DNA of 64,000 nucleotides from NCBI RefSeq assembly GCF_055900595.2, contig NZ_CM148325.1; one strand, 5' to 3'. Shown piece by piece: positions 1 to 9,829 of this stretch (position 1 is its first letter; each line of letters starts with the position of its first letter). The notes under the pieces were generated by a model. It saw only the letters and a program-made list of their open reading frames with translations, ran no database searches and was not told where the DNA came from. The position numbers and the translations under genes were made by a program.

Positions 1-115
1 TACACAGCAACCCGACGATAAACAGCAGCACGGCAATAAACTGGATTGCTCTGCGATGTTTTTTAAGCATCTCCAGATCAAACTTCAAAATTGTTGCCTT
101 ATCTATATATAACAT
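1..115 (-). CDS. hdeD: HdeD acid-resistance membrane protein, N-terminal 38 codons only (gene continues past window start)
   Basis: Minus-strand translation from ATG at 113-115 reads MLYIDKATILKFDLEMLKKHRRAIQFIAVLLFIVGLLC, matching the HdeD N-terminus; divergent from hdeA as in the acid fitness island. Confidence 0.8.
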   Translation of the reverse strand, partial: MLYIDKATILKFDLEMLKKHRRAIQFIAVLLFIVGLLC

Positions 116-369
116 AGAACCACCCTATAAAATTAAGAAGAAAATCCCCTGCTATCAATCTATGCCAAAAACGCGTCTAAGAATGCAGTCGATTTAATAA
201 AAATTTCCTAATTACAGTATCAGATGCATCTGTAACTCATTGTATTGAAATAAAAATATCTGATTTTGATATTTTCCATCAACATGACATATACAGAAAA
301 CCAGGTTATAACCTCAGTGTCGAAATTGATTCGTGACGGCTCTTTCACTTTATAGTTGAGGATATTACG
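116..369. promoter_or_regulatory. Divergent hdeD / hdeAB promoter region (AT-rich); specific GadE/H-NS sites not resolved
   Basis: 254 bp AT-rich intergenic between divergent hdeD and hdeA starts; RBS-like GAGG precedes hdeA ATG. Confidence 0.45.
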
Positions 370-702
370 ATGAAAAAAGTATTAGGCGTTATTCTTGGTG
401 GTCTGCTTCTTCTGCCAGTGGTCAGCAATGCAGCGGATGCACAAAAAGCAGCTGATAACAAAAAACCGGTCAACACCTGGACCTGTGAAGATTTTCTGGC
501 TGTGGACGAATCCTTCCAGCCAACTGCAGTTGGTTTTGCTGAAGCACTGAACAATAAAGATAAACCAGAAGATGCGGTTTTAGATGTTCAGGGTATTGCA
601 ACCGTAACCCCAGCGATCGTTCAGGCTTGTACTCAGGATAAACAAGCCAACTTTAAAGATAAAGTTAAAAGCGAATGGGACAAAGTTAAGAAAGATATGT
701 AA
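370..702 (+). CDS. hdeA: Acid stress periplasmic chaperone HdeA
   Basis: 110 aa ORF MKKVLGVILGGLLLLPVVSNAADAQKA... with signal peptide; recognised HdeA sequence. Confidence 0.95.
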   Translation: MKKVLGVILGGLLLLPVVSNAADAQKAADNKKPVNTWTCEDFLAVDESFQPTAVGFAEALNNKDKPEDAVLDVQGIATVTPAIVQACTQDKQANFKDKVKSEWDKVKKDM

Positions 703-817
703 TTCCGGGAATACGTTACATCGTACTTCCTTGCATATTGAACAGGTAGGAATACCTTCTTCAAAAGCAGCTATTCCTTCTGTTCATATTTAATCTCTAT
801 ATTGAATGGGTTACAAA

Positions 818-1144
818 ATGAATATTTCATCTCTCCGTAAAGCGTTTATTTTTATGGGCGCTGTAGCGGCTTTGTCACTGGTGAACGCACAATCTGCGCT
901 GGCAGCCAATGAATCCGCTAAAGATATGACTTGCCAGGAATTTATTGATCTGAATCCAAAAGCAATGACACCGGTTGCGTGGTGGATGCTGCATGAAGAA
1001 ACAGTTTATAAAGGTGGTGATACTGTTACTTTAAATGAAACCGATCTTACTCAAATTCCTAAAGTGATCGAATACTGCAAAAAAAATCCGCAGAAAAATT
1101 TGTATACTTTCAAAAATCAAGCATCTAATGACTTGCCGAATTAA
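818..1144 (+). CDS. hdeB: Acid stress periplasmic chaperone HdeB
   Basis: ORF 806-1144; start placed at internal ATG 818 (MNISSLRKAFIFMGAVAALS...) to give the 108 aa HdeB. Confidence 0.93.
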   Translation: MNISSLRKAFIFMGAVAALSLVNAQSALAANESAKDMTCQEFIDLNPKAMTPVAWWMLHEETVYKGGDTVTLNETDLTQIPKVIEYCKKNPQKNLYTFKNQASNDLPN

Positions 1145-1161
1145 TGGGGCACAAGTAAAAA

Positions 1162-1198
1162 GGAGTAGCAAGTTGAGCCATCTTGCTGCTCCTTTTTG
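1162..1198 (+). terminator. Rho-independent terminator-like hairpin after hdeB
   Basis: ggagtagcaag / cttgctgctcc stem (one G-U) with 9-nt loop followed by TTTTTG. Confidence 0.55.
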
Positions 1199-1207
1199 CA
1201 TTTTTAT

Positions 1208-1855
1208 ATGACAGCAGAATTTATTATACGTCTTATACTCGCGGCAATTGCCTGTGGCGCTATTGGCATGGAAAGGCAAATGCGCGGCAAAGGAGCAGGG
1301 TTACGCACACATGTATTAATTGGCATGGGAAGCGCCCTGTTTATGATTGTTTCGAAATATGGTTTTGCTGACGTGCTGTCTTTAGATCACGTCGGACTGG
1401 ACCCCAGCCGTATTGCTGCTCAGGTGGTGACGGGCGTCGGGTTTATCGGTGCAGGTAACATTCTCGTTCGTAACCAAAATATTGTAGGTCTGACGACGGC
1501 AGCGGATATCTGGGTGACCGCCGCCATTGGTATGGTTATTGGTAGCGGTATGTACGAACTGGGCATTTATGGTTCAGTGATGACCTTACTGGTGCTGGAA
1601 GTCTTCCATCAATTAACCTTCCGCCTGATGAATAAAAATTACCATTTACAGCTGACATTAGTGAACGGTAATACGGTATCAATGCTCGACTGGTTTAAGC
1701 AGCAAAAAATAAAAACGGATTTAGTTTCGTTGCAGGAAAATGAAGATCATGAAGTGGTCGCCATTGATATCCAGCTTCATGCCACGACGTCGATAGAAGA
1801 TCTGTTGCGATTATTAAAAGGTATGGCAGGGGTGAAAGGCGTTTCAATTAGCTAA
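1208..1855 (+). CDS. yhiD: MgtC-family inner membrane protein YhiD
   Basis: ORF 1196-1855; start taken at ATG 1208 (MTAEFIIRLILAAIACGAIGMERQ...), MgtC/SapB-type membrane protein. Confidence 0.9.
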   Translation: MTAEFIIRLILAAIACGAIGMERQMRGKGAGLRTHVLIGMGSALFMIVSKYGFADVLSLDHVGLDPSRIAAQVVTGVGFIGAGNILVRNQNIVGLTTAADIWVTAAIGMVIGSGMYELGIYGSVMTLLVLEVFHQLTFRLMNKNYHLQLTLVNGNTVSMLDWFKQQKIKTDLVSLQENEDHEVVAIDIQLHATTSIEDLLRLLKGMAGVKGVSIS

Positions 1856-1875
1856 TCTATATAGTTATTTATTCG

Positions 1876-1908
1876 CAGGAGTACCAGAGCGGTACTCCTG
1901 TTGGTTTT
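1876..1908 (+). terminator. Terminator hairpin after yhiD at the junction with the chu locus
   Basis: Perfect 10-bp stem caggagtacc / ggtactcctg with 5-nt loop followed by TTGGTTTT. Confidence 0.55.
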
Positions 1909-2677
1909 AATGATCGAGGACGATCAGTGGTGAATGGTTGGCAGGATCTTTAAGTACGGTAATATTCGCGCCGTAGAGCATTGTCAGCGCCTGCTGTGTC
2001 AATACGTCCTGCGGTTTACCATTTGCGATAACCTTTCCTTTTTGCATTAATACAACACGGTCTGCATAACGCGCGGCAAGATTTAGATCGTGCAATACGC
2101 AGCAAACATTGAACTGCCGTTCGTGAACTAGCTGGCGTAATAAACGAAACAAGTGCTGCTGATGGTGAATATCCAGCGCCGAAGTTGGTTCATCAAGAAA
2201 TAACCATTTCGGTGAGGGAGTTGGTTCCCAGAGTTGCACCAGCAGGCGCGCTAATTGCACGCGCTGTTGTTCACCACCGGATAATTGCCGATAGTCGCGG
2301 TTTGCTAACGCCTGACAGTCACATAACGCCATTATTTGTGCTGTTTCATTATCCTGATTACCAGTACGATGCGGATGCCGCCCCATCTGGATAACTTCTT
2401 GTACGCTGAATGGAAACGCCATGTGGCTATTTTGACGCATCACGGCCCGGTGTTTCGCCAGTTCAGTAATCGACCATTCATTTAATGGCTTATTAAACAA
2501 CCGACATTCGCCGCTATCAGGTTGAAGATAGCCGGTTAACTGGCGAAGCAGCGTAGATTTTCCCGCACCATTAGGGCCGAGAATGGCAACAATTTCCCCA
2601 CCGGGAAAAGTCAGCGAGACATTATCAGTCAGACGCCGCCCCTGAAGGCTATAAACCAGATTCTGGGCGCTGATCAT
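1907..2677 (-). CDS. chuV: Haemin ABC transporter ATP-binding protein
   Basis: ORF 1907-2830 trimmed to ATG at 2677 ([16 protein letters not shown]...), giving a 4-bp ATGA overlap with the chuU stop; Walker [13 protein letters not shown] signature LSGGEQQR. Confidence 0.9.
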   Translation of the reverse strand: MISAQNLVYSLQGRRLTDNVSLTFPGGEIVAILGPNGAGKSTLLRQLTGYLQPDSGECRLFNKPLNEWSITELAKHRAVMRQNSHMAFPFSVQEVIQMGRHPHRTGNQDNETAQIMALCDCQALANRDYRQLSGGEQQRVQLARLLVQLWEPTPSPKWLFLDEPTSALDIHHQQHLFRLLRQLVHERQFNVCCVLHDLNLAARYADRVVLMQKGKVIANGKPQDVLTQQALTMLYGANITVLKDPANHSPLIVLDH

Positions 2678-3666
2678 GTGATCCTCCGGTTGCGCAGAAT
2701 CAACCACATAAAATAAGGGCCACCAAGCAGGCTGGTTAATAATCCCACGGGCATTTCTGCTGGCTGTACCAGTGTGCGGGCAAGCGTGTCTGCCATCAGC
2801 AATAAACAGGCTCCGGCGAGGGCGGAGCAAGGGATTAGCCAGCGGTGATTTGCCCCGGTAGTCATACGAATCAGATGCGGGATCACCAGGCCAATAAAGC
2901 CGATAATGCCGCTTACCGATACGGCGGCACCAACGAGCAGTGAGCTCACTAACAGTAATTGCTGGCGTTTACGCTTAACGTTCACGCCGAGGTAGTGGGC
3001 TTCTTCATCACCGAGCTGCAGTAAATTCAGCGTTCCGGCGAGACAAGTTGTTGCAATAATGGCCGGTAGGATGAATGAACTGGCAACCAATAACGTCGGC
3101 CATTGCGCCTGTCCAAGATTGCCCATCATCCACAATGTGAGTTGTCGTAGCTGCTGCTCATCGCCGATATAGCTCAGGATGCCGATCGCTGCGCCGCACA
3201 GGGCATTGATGGCGATACCGGCGAGTAATAATTGCATCATGCTGCCATCGCGATGGCGCTGCGTGATGAGAAAAATGATGGTGCAGACCACTAAACTTCC
3301 GGCAATGGCAAACACCATTTGCTCATAGAGCACCAGCACCACTGGGAAGGAAAAGGGCAGCACAATAGCAACGCCAACCATTAATGCAGAACCGCTACTG
3401 ACGCCGAGTAATCCAGGGTCAGCCATTGGGTTGCGAAAAAGCCCCTGCATAATTACCCCGGCGGTTGCCAACGCTGCACCTACCAGCACCGCCAGCAAAA
3501 CCCGTGGTAGACGAATATTGAGCCAGATATCGCGGTATTCCTCATCAAAAAGGGCATCAAAACTGATCTTTAACGCTCCCTGACTGGCACCGAACAGCAC
3601 CAGAGCTAGCAATAATAGTGATAGCCCCATAAAGACCCTGGCGGAAGAGAGTGAATCCTTGAGCAC
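2674..3666 (-). CDS. chuU: Haemin ABC transporter permease (FecCD family)
   Basis: 330 aa polytopic membrane ORF in the haem locus, directly upstream of and overlapping chuV. Confidence 0.9.
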   Translation of the reverse strand: MLKDSLSSARVFMGLSLLLLALVLFGASQGALKISFDALFDEEYRDIWLNIRLPRVLLAVLVGAALATAGVIMQGLFRNPMADPGLLGVSSGSALMVGVAIVLPFSFPVVLVLYEQMVFAIAGSLVVCTIIFLITQRHRDGSMMQLLLAGIAINALCGAAIGILSYIGDEQQLRQLTLWMMGNLGQAQWPTLLVASSFILPAIIATTCLAGTLNLLQLGDEEAHYLGVNVKRKRQQLLLVSSLLVGAAVSVSGIIGFIGLVIPHLIRMTTGANHRWLIPCSALAGACLLLMADTLARTLVQPAEMPVGLLTSLLGGPYFMWLILRNRRIT

Positions 3667-3714
3667 GCAAAACTCCGTTACGACATTACGGCGCGGAGAT
3701 TCCGCGCCGGGGGA

Positions 3715-4338
3715 TCACGCCGGTTTCAGGTCCGGTTCAATCAGACTGTAGACCTGCTGGTTAAGTGCTGGCGCATTTGCCAGTTCATGGATATGTGCGG
3801 CGACATCGGCACGGTTAACAAAACCATGACACTCCTGATTTTGTATCCGTTGTGCTTTGCCCGTTGCCGCACCATCAAGCAGACCGCCAGGGCGGAGAAT
3901 GGCGTAATCAAGCTGGCTGGTTTGCAACCAGCTTTCCGCCAGCGTTTTTTCCCGTACCGCCTGACCAAACGCAGCCTTTGCCCGCTCCGATAAAAACGGC
4001 CAGCTATCGCCACATCCCAAAGAGGTCACCAGAATCATGCGACTGATGCCGGCCTTTTCGGCCTCATCAATCACTGTTCTGTGTGCCAGATAATCCTGAG
4101 CTCCGCCCATTGTTGAGATGATAAGCGCATCCGGGCCAGCTGCGCGGCAAGCAGCCGCGACTACGCTGGCATCACAGGCGTCGCCTGTAAAAACCTGTAC
4201 GCCTTGTTGCGCCAGTTTCGTGGCGGCATCAGCATGACGAATGACAGCAACGACCGGACGTTGTTCCGCCAGCGCCAGTTCAAGCGTTCTGGCACCCACA
4301 CCTTTTCCGCCTGCGCCAAAGAGTAGCCACGGCGTCAT
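3715..4338 (-). CDS. chuY: NAD(P)-binding haem utilisation protein (anaerobilin reductase-like)
   Basis: 207 aa ORF with N-terminal GAGGKG dinucleotide-binding motif; position between chuU and chuX. Confidence 0.8.
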   Translation of the reverse strand: MTPWLLFGAGGKGVGARTLELALAEQRPVVAVIRHADAATKLAQQGVQVFTGDACDASVVAAACRAAGPDALIISTMGGAQDYLAHRTVIDEAEKAGISRMILVTSLGCGDSWPFLSERAKAAFGQAVREKTLAESWLQTSQLDYAILRPGGLLDGAATGKAQRIQNQECHGFVNRADVAAHIHELANAPALNQQVYSLIEPDLKPA

Positions 4339-4832
4339 CAGGCGTGTTCCTTTAACGATGCTGCCAGAGCATGGAAGGCGCTGACTTGTTCGCTCAGGAG
4401 CTGACGATGGTCATCCCTGCCGAGGAAGATTTTCAGCATTGCGCTGCCTTCTTTGTTGAAAAAGAGAATGGATGCGGTGTCCATGCCCATAAATTTACGT
4501 TCGATCAAGGCAATATGTGTGCAGTTTTCTGCTTTGATATGCCCGGACATGCCGTGCTTTCCGCGTAGGTTGAAATAGCCGTGGCGATGGAAACCCGAAG
4601 GCAGTTCGCCGCTAAATTCGAGGATTACATCGGCAGTATGTACTAACGTGGTGACGTTGCCCCATTCGCAGACGGTATCCCAGACAGTATCGAATTTATC
4701 GCCTGACACTACGGTAGAGGAGGGTAGATTTCTCACTACTTCCAGCAGTGTGGTGTTGTATTGTTCGGCTACCACCTCCAGCGTACCGTCCGGCTCCGTT
4801 TTCAAAAATTCTTGTAACGAGACATGGCTCAT
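4338..4832 (-). CDS. chuX: Haem utilisation / haem-binding protein ChuX
   Basis: 164 aa ORF; 1-bp stop/start overlap with chuY; conserved position downstream of chuW. Confidence 0.8.
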   Translation of the reverse strand: MSHVSLQEFLKTEPDGTLEVVAEQYNTTLLEVVRNLPSSTVVSGDKFDTVWDTVCEWGNVTTLVHTADVILEFSGELPSGFHRHGYFNLRGKHGMSGHIKAENCTHIALIERKFMGMDTASILFFNKEGSAMLKIFLGRDDHRQLLSEQVSAFHALAASLKEHA

Positions 4833-4844
4833 AAATCACTCCTG

Positions 4845-6182
4845 TTATGGTTTTTCACGCACAATCGTTGGCGCATTAAGTGCCTGAATTAGTTCATTAA
4901 GAGACTGCAAAATATTGCTTGCCCAGAAACGACCTTCATTAGTCAGCCGCAGGCAAGTTGAAGCATCGCGGCTTAAGCCTTTTTGGTGCCATTGAGCCAG
5001 TAACGGCGCGAGTTTTTCGGCATGTGGCGTAAGTTCATCCAGCGGTACACGCGCTGTTTCAACACCTGACTGCAAGGTATGACGCCATTGCGCATTACGT
5101 TCGGCGTTACGCATGATCATCATCAGCGGTTTTTTGCCTGCCGCGACGGATTCATGCCAGGTCTGAAGACTGCGTTCGTTCATCCAGGAGTAACCATTAA
5201 TCGAACCGCCGGCTCCGGAACCAAAGGCCAGACAATCGGCACCTTGTTTAATCAGCAGGTTATAGAGATTGCGTTCGCGTGTGGTACGGCCCCAGTGGCT
5301 GTTACTGATACAGCGCCAACCAGCTTCGTCCATGAAGTCACACCCTTGCAGATAAAGATCGCGTCGTTCTGCCGGAGAGGGCACGGTAGTACGCCCATTT
5401 TCCACGGCTTTGCCCAGCGGTGTATTGGGCAGGACATTGAGCGCATAGAGATCGACGCCGTCGAGACCGATATCGCGGGCAATAGTCAGATCTTCTCCCC
5501 AGGTTTGCGCATCCTGACCCGGCAGGCCAAACAGAAGGTCACAGACCACCGCAGCACGGTCGCGTTTGACCAGGCTTTCCATAAACGCAATGGCGGTTGG
5601 GCCATCCGAGGTGCGGGCCATTTTCTTACGGATTTTGCTGTTAAACGACTGAATACCAATTGAGAAGCGGTTTGCTCCTGCATCAAGGCAAGCATCGATT
5701 CGCTCAGCGTCAAAATTCAGTACCCGGCCTTCGATAGTGATTTCACAATCAGGGGCCAGTGGCAGCTTTTCTCGTAATGTGGTGATAATTCTGGCCAAAT
5801 CGTGTGCCGAAAGCGCGGAAGGCGTGCCGCCACCGAAATAGACCGCGTGGATGGGGGCAGACTGATGCAATACGCTGTCCGCTTCCATTTCTATTTCACG
5901 AATCAGGGCGTCGGTATAATGAGCACACGCATCTTCATTAAAACGGTTCTGATAAAAACCACAAAACGTGCAGTGTGTTGCACAAAAAGGAATGTGTAGA
6001 TAAACCAGTCGCTTACGTGGTGATACCGTTTGATTGAGCATCTCTTGCCAGGTCTGTGCCAGTTGCTCTTTGGCAACTGGAATGGCCCCACGAAACGGCA
6101 TCATGGCGCGCCTGTCTTTAAATGGCTGATCACCGTCTAAAGCAAAATGTGGCGTGAGATCCAGGGGGTTATTTGTGTTCAT
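4845..6182 (-). CDS. chuW: Radical SAM haem-degrading enzyme (HemN-like, anaerobilin synthase)
   Basis: 445 aa ORF with radical SAM Cys triad CATHCTFC (CxxxCxxC) near the N-terminus. Confidence 0.88.
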   Translation of the reverse strand: MNTNNPLDLTPHFALDGDQPFKDRRAMMPFRGAIPVAKEQLAQTWQEMLNQTVSPRKRLVYLHIPFCATHCTFCGFYQNRFNEDACAHYTDALIREIEMEADSVLHQSAPIHAVYFGGGTPSALSAHDLARIITTLREKLPLAPDCEITIEGRVLNFDAERIDACLDAGANRFSIGIQSFNSKIRKKMARTSDGPTAIAFMESLVKRDRAAVVCDLLFGLPGQDAQTWGEDLTIARDIGLDGVDLYALNVLPNTPLGKAVENGRTTVPSPAERRDLYLQGCDFMDEAGWRCISNSHWGRTTRERNLYNLLIKQGADCLAFGSGAGGSINGYSWMNERSLQTWHESVAAGKKPLMMIMRNAERNAQWRHTLQSGVETARVPLDELTPHAEKLAPLLAQWHQKGLSRDASTCLRLTNEGRFWASNILQSLNELIQALNAPTIVREKP

Positions 6183-6201
6183 TCGTCTGATTTAAATCCA
6201 T

Positions 6202-7116
6202 TTATTGTGGCCAAAGCTGCTGGTGTAAAGACTCAACGACATCAGCAATACGCGGACCCATTCCCAGAATCAGGTTTTGATCAACGGTGATAATGCGCTG
6301 GTTTTTCCATGCGGCAGTGTGGGTAATTCCGGCAATAGAACGTAGCCGGTTAATATCGCCATCGACCATTTGTGAGGTTACGACAATCACTTCTGGATTA
6401 GCCGCAATCAGTGATTCTGCACTGTAGCTTTTGTACTGCTGGTGGGTTGCGACGTTTTCTGCTCCGGCAAGCGAAAGAATGGCGTCCGCGACGCTGCCTT
6501 TACCGGCAACCTGTGGCGCACTTCCGCCTGCGGAGAGAATAAACATGGCTTTAACCGGGGCTTTTTTGGCCGCCACGTTTTGCTGTACTCGCTCCAGGCG
6601 TTGGTTGATCTGTGTCACCAGCGCCTCGCCTTGTTCAGGAACCTGTAGCGTTTTTGCCAGTTGGCGAATGTTGGCGTACATCTGCTCAAGGGTGGCAGGC
6701 ACACGCGGCAGGGTGACGACGTTGACTTTCTGCGCTCGTAGTTGGTCGAGCACAATTTGTGGCCCGGCATCCTGCCAGGTAATTACGCTATCCGGGCGAA
6801 GTGACAAAATGCCTTCGCTGCTGAGTTGTTTCCAGTAGCCAATATGCGGCAGTTTGGCGGTTTCTGGTGGATAAGATGTCGTTTCATCGACACCAACCAC
6901 GCGTTCGCCAGCGCCCATCGCGTAGATTAGCTCCGTCAGCGATCCTCCTGCGACCACGATACGTTCGGCAGCCGTTACGCTAAAAGCCCAGCTAAGAGCC
7001 AGTACTGCCGTAAACAATTTTTTTCGTTTTACCGCGGTCTTCGCGGCAGAGGCCACGGCTGAAATACATAACGTCAGTGGGGAAAAAAGAAACGGCCTGG
7101 TGATGATCCTTGGCAT
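6202..7116 (-). CDS. chuT: Periplasmic haemin-binding protein
   Basis: ORF 6202-7194; start taken at internal ATG 7116 (MPRIITRPFLFSPLTLCISAVASA...) to give about 304 aa; cluster-type periplasmic binding protein. Confidence 0.8.
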   Translation of the reverse strand: MPRIITRPFLFSPLTLCISAVASAAKTAVKRKKLFTAVLALSWAFSVTAAERIVVAGGSLTELIYAMGAGERVVGVDETTSYPPETAKLPHIGYWKQLSSEGILSLRPDSVITWQDAGPQIVLDQLRAQKVNVVTLPRVPATLEQMYANIRQLAKTLQVPEQGEALVTQINQRLERVQQNVAAKKAPVKAMFILSAGGSAPQVAGKGSVADAILSLAGAENVATHQQYKSYSAESLIAANPEVIVVTSQMVDGDINRLRSIAGITHTAAWKNQRIITVDQNLILGMGPRIADVVESLHQQLWPQ

Positions 7117-7490
7117 AATATGAGAACTCTTATCAAATTGAGAATGATCATGATTATCATTTGAGTTATATATGAAATACAACCGTCGATTCAATACGCA
7201 AGGCGTTACAAGCGTATTTATTTTTGATTTTTATCAAGATGCTTCGTCAGCTAACGTTCTTGTTACCGACTAAATTTCAGCGCGGGAAAAAGCTGAGAAC
7301 CCAGAGATATCGCGGCTTGCAGAGCAAAGAGAAGAGAAAATTATCACTGTTAACGACAAAGTTTAGTGATGAGGTTATGGGGGAATAACCATAAAAACAA
7401 AGTGGTTTCCAGGGCGCAGGATAGGTTTCATAACCCCCTGTTTATTGTGTTAATGGCGGTTAAAAAAAGCTTGATCATAAAAAATTGATC

Positions 7491-7509
7491 GATAATAATT
7501 CTCATTATC
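7491..7509. promoter_or_regulatory. Candidate Fur box in the chuT-chuA divergent region
   Basis: GATAATAATTCTCATTATC matches the 19-bp Fur consensus GATAATGATAATCATTATC at 16/19 positions; flanked by further TGATC/GATAAT half-sites. Confidence 0.55.
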
Positions 7510-7798
7510 ACGTTCGCGCTTAACAAAACACGACCATATGGATAACAAAACCATAGCATTTGCAAGGGATAACGCACAGCGCTCTTCACTCCTGATGGGG
7601 CATATCGTTTTGCCTGATAAAGAGGGCGTGCTTTTGCGTATTTGCCGAGATACCAGGCAATTTCATGGGATATAAACGCCTGTAAACTCACCCGGCGAAT
7701 ATTATCGCTCTGAATTTTAAATAAATTTATTTCTCGCAAGCCACCCCGGTATTAACCCAGGCAGCCAGCATTTTTTATTTTCCTCATGGAGAATCGCT

Positions 7799-9781
7799 AT
7801 GTCACGTCCGCAATTTACCTCGTTGCGTTTGAGTTTGTTGGCTTTGGCTGTTTCTGCCACCTTGCCAACGTTTGCTTTTGCTACTGAAACCATGACCATT
7901 ACGGCAACGGGGAATGCCCGTAGTTCCTTCGAAGCGCCTATGATGGTCAGCGTCATCGACACTTCCGCTCCTGAAAATCAAACGGCTACTTCAGCCACCG
8001 ATCTGCTGCGTCATGTTCCTGGAATTACTCTTGATGGTACCGGACGAACCAACGGTCAGGATGTAAATATGCGTGGCTATGATCATCGCGGCGTGCTGGT
8101 TCTTGTCGATGGTGTTCGCCAGGGAACGGATACCGGACACCTGAATGGTACTTTTCTCGATCCGGCGCTGATCAAGCGTGTTGAGATTGTTCGCGGACCT
8201 TCAGCATTACTGTATGGCAGTGGCGCGCTGGGTGGGGTGATCTCCTACGATACGGTCGATGCAAAAGATTTATTGCAGGAAGGACAAAGTAGTGGTTTTC
8301 GTGTCTTTGGTACTGGTGGCACGGGGGACCATAGCCTGGGATTAGGCGCGAGCGCGTTTGGGCGAACTGAAAATCTGGATGGTATTGTGGCCTGGTCCAG
8401 TCGCGATCGGGGTGATTTACGCCAGAGCAATGGTGAAACCGCGCCGAATGACGAGTCCATTAATAACATGCTGGCGAAAGGGACCTGGCAAATTGATTCA
8501 GCCCAGTCTCTGAGCGGTTTAGTGCGTTACTACAACAACGACGCGCGTGAACCAAAAAATCCGCAGACCGTTGAGGCTTCTGAAAGCAGCAACCCGATGG
8601 TTGATCGTTCAACAATTCAACGCGATGCGCAGCTTTCTTATAAACTCGCCCCGCAGGGCAACGACTGGTTAAATGCAGATGCAAAAATTTACTGGTCGGA
8701 AGTCCGTATTAATGCGCAAAACACGGGGAGTTCCGGCGAGTATCGTGAACAGATAACAAAAGGAGCCAGGCTGGAGAACCGTTCCACTCTATTTGCCGAC
8801 AGTTTCGCTTCTCACTTACTGACATATGGCGGTGAGTATTATCGTCAGGAACAACATCCGGGCGGCGCGACGACGGGCTTTCCGCAAGCAAAAATCGATT
8901 TTAGCTCTGGCTGGCTACAGGATGAGATCACCTTACGCGATCTGCCGATTACCCTGCTTGGCGGAACCCGCTATGACAGTTATCACGGTAGCAGCGACGG
9001 CTACAAAGATGTTGATGCTGACAAATGGTCATCTCGTGCGGGGATGACTATCAACCCGACCAACTGGCTGATGTTATTTGGCTCATATGCCCAGGCATTC
9101 CGCGCCCCGACGATGGGCGAAATGTATAACGATTCTAAGCACTTCTCGATTGGTAGCTTCTATACCAACTATTGGGTGCCAAACCCGAACTTACGTCCGG
9201 AAACTAACGAAACTCAGGAGTACGGTTTTGGGCTGCGTTTTGATGACCTGATGTTGTCCAATGATGCCCTGGAATTTAAAGCCAGCTACTTTGATACCAA
9301 AGCGAAGGATTACATCTCCACGACTGTCGATTTCGCGGCTGCGACAACTATGTCGTATAACGTCCCGAACGCCAAAATCTGGGGCTGGGATGTGATGACG
9401 AAATATACCACTGATCTGTTTAGCCTTGATGTGGCCTATAACCGTACCCGCGGCAAAGACACCGATACCGGGGAATATATTTCCAGTATTAACCCGGATA
9501 CCGTTACCAGCACCCTGAATATTCCGATCGCTCACAGTGGCTTCTCTGTTGGTTGGGTCGGTACGTTTGCCGATCGCTCAACACATATCAGCAGCAGTTA
9601 CAGCAAACAACCTGGCTATGGTGTGAATGATTTCTACGTCAGTTATCAAGGGCAGCAGGCGCTCAAAGGTATGACCACTACTCTGGTATTGGGCAACGCC
9701 TTCGACAAAGAGTACTGGTCGCCGCAAGGCATCCCACAGGATGGTCGTAACGGAAAAATTTTCGTGAGTTATCAATGGTAA
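7799..9781 (+). CDS. chuA: TonB-dependent outer membrane haem/haemoglobin receptor
   Basis: 660 aa ORF with signal peptide, TonB-box-like ETMTITA, C-terminal aromatic residue (..VSYQW); GGAG RBS 7 nt upstream. Confidence 0.95.
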   Translation: MSRPQFTSLRLSLLALAVSATLPTFAFATETMTITATGNARSSFEAPMMVSVIDTSAPENQTATSATDLLRHVPGITLDGTGRTNGQDVNMRGYDHRGVLVLVDGVRQGTDTGHLNGTFLDPALIKRVEIVRGPSALLYGSGALGGVISYDTVDAKDLLQEGQSSGFRVFGTGGTGDHSLGLGASAFGRTENLDGIVAWSSRDRGDLRQSNGETAPNDESINNMLAKGTWQIDSAQSLSGLVRYYNNDAREPKNPQTVEASESSNPMVDRSTIQRDAQLSYKLAPQGNDWLNADAKIYWSEVRINAQNTGSSGEYREQITKGARLENRSTLFADSFASHLLTYGGEYYRQEQHPGGATTGFPQAKIDFSSGWLQDEITLRDLPITLLGGTRYDSYHGSSDGYKDVDADKWSSRAGMTINPTNWLMLFGSYAQAFRAPTMGEMYNDSKHFSIGSFYTNYWVPNPNLRPETNETQEYGFGLRFDDLMLSNDALEFKASYFDTKAKDYISTTVDFAAATTMSYNVPNAKIWGWDVMTKYTTDLFSLDVAYNRTRGKDTDTGEYISSINPDTVTSTLNIPIAHSGFSVGWVGTFADRSTHISSSYSKQPGYGVNDFYVSYQGQQALKGMTTTLVLGNAFDKEYWSPQGIPQDGRNGKIFVSYQW

Positions 9782-9829
9782 TCATCTGCCCCGATATTTC
9801 GGGGCATTTATCTGGAAGGAAGAGAGACA

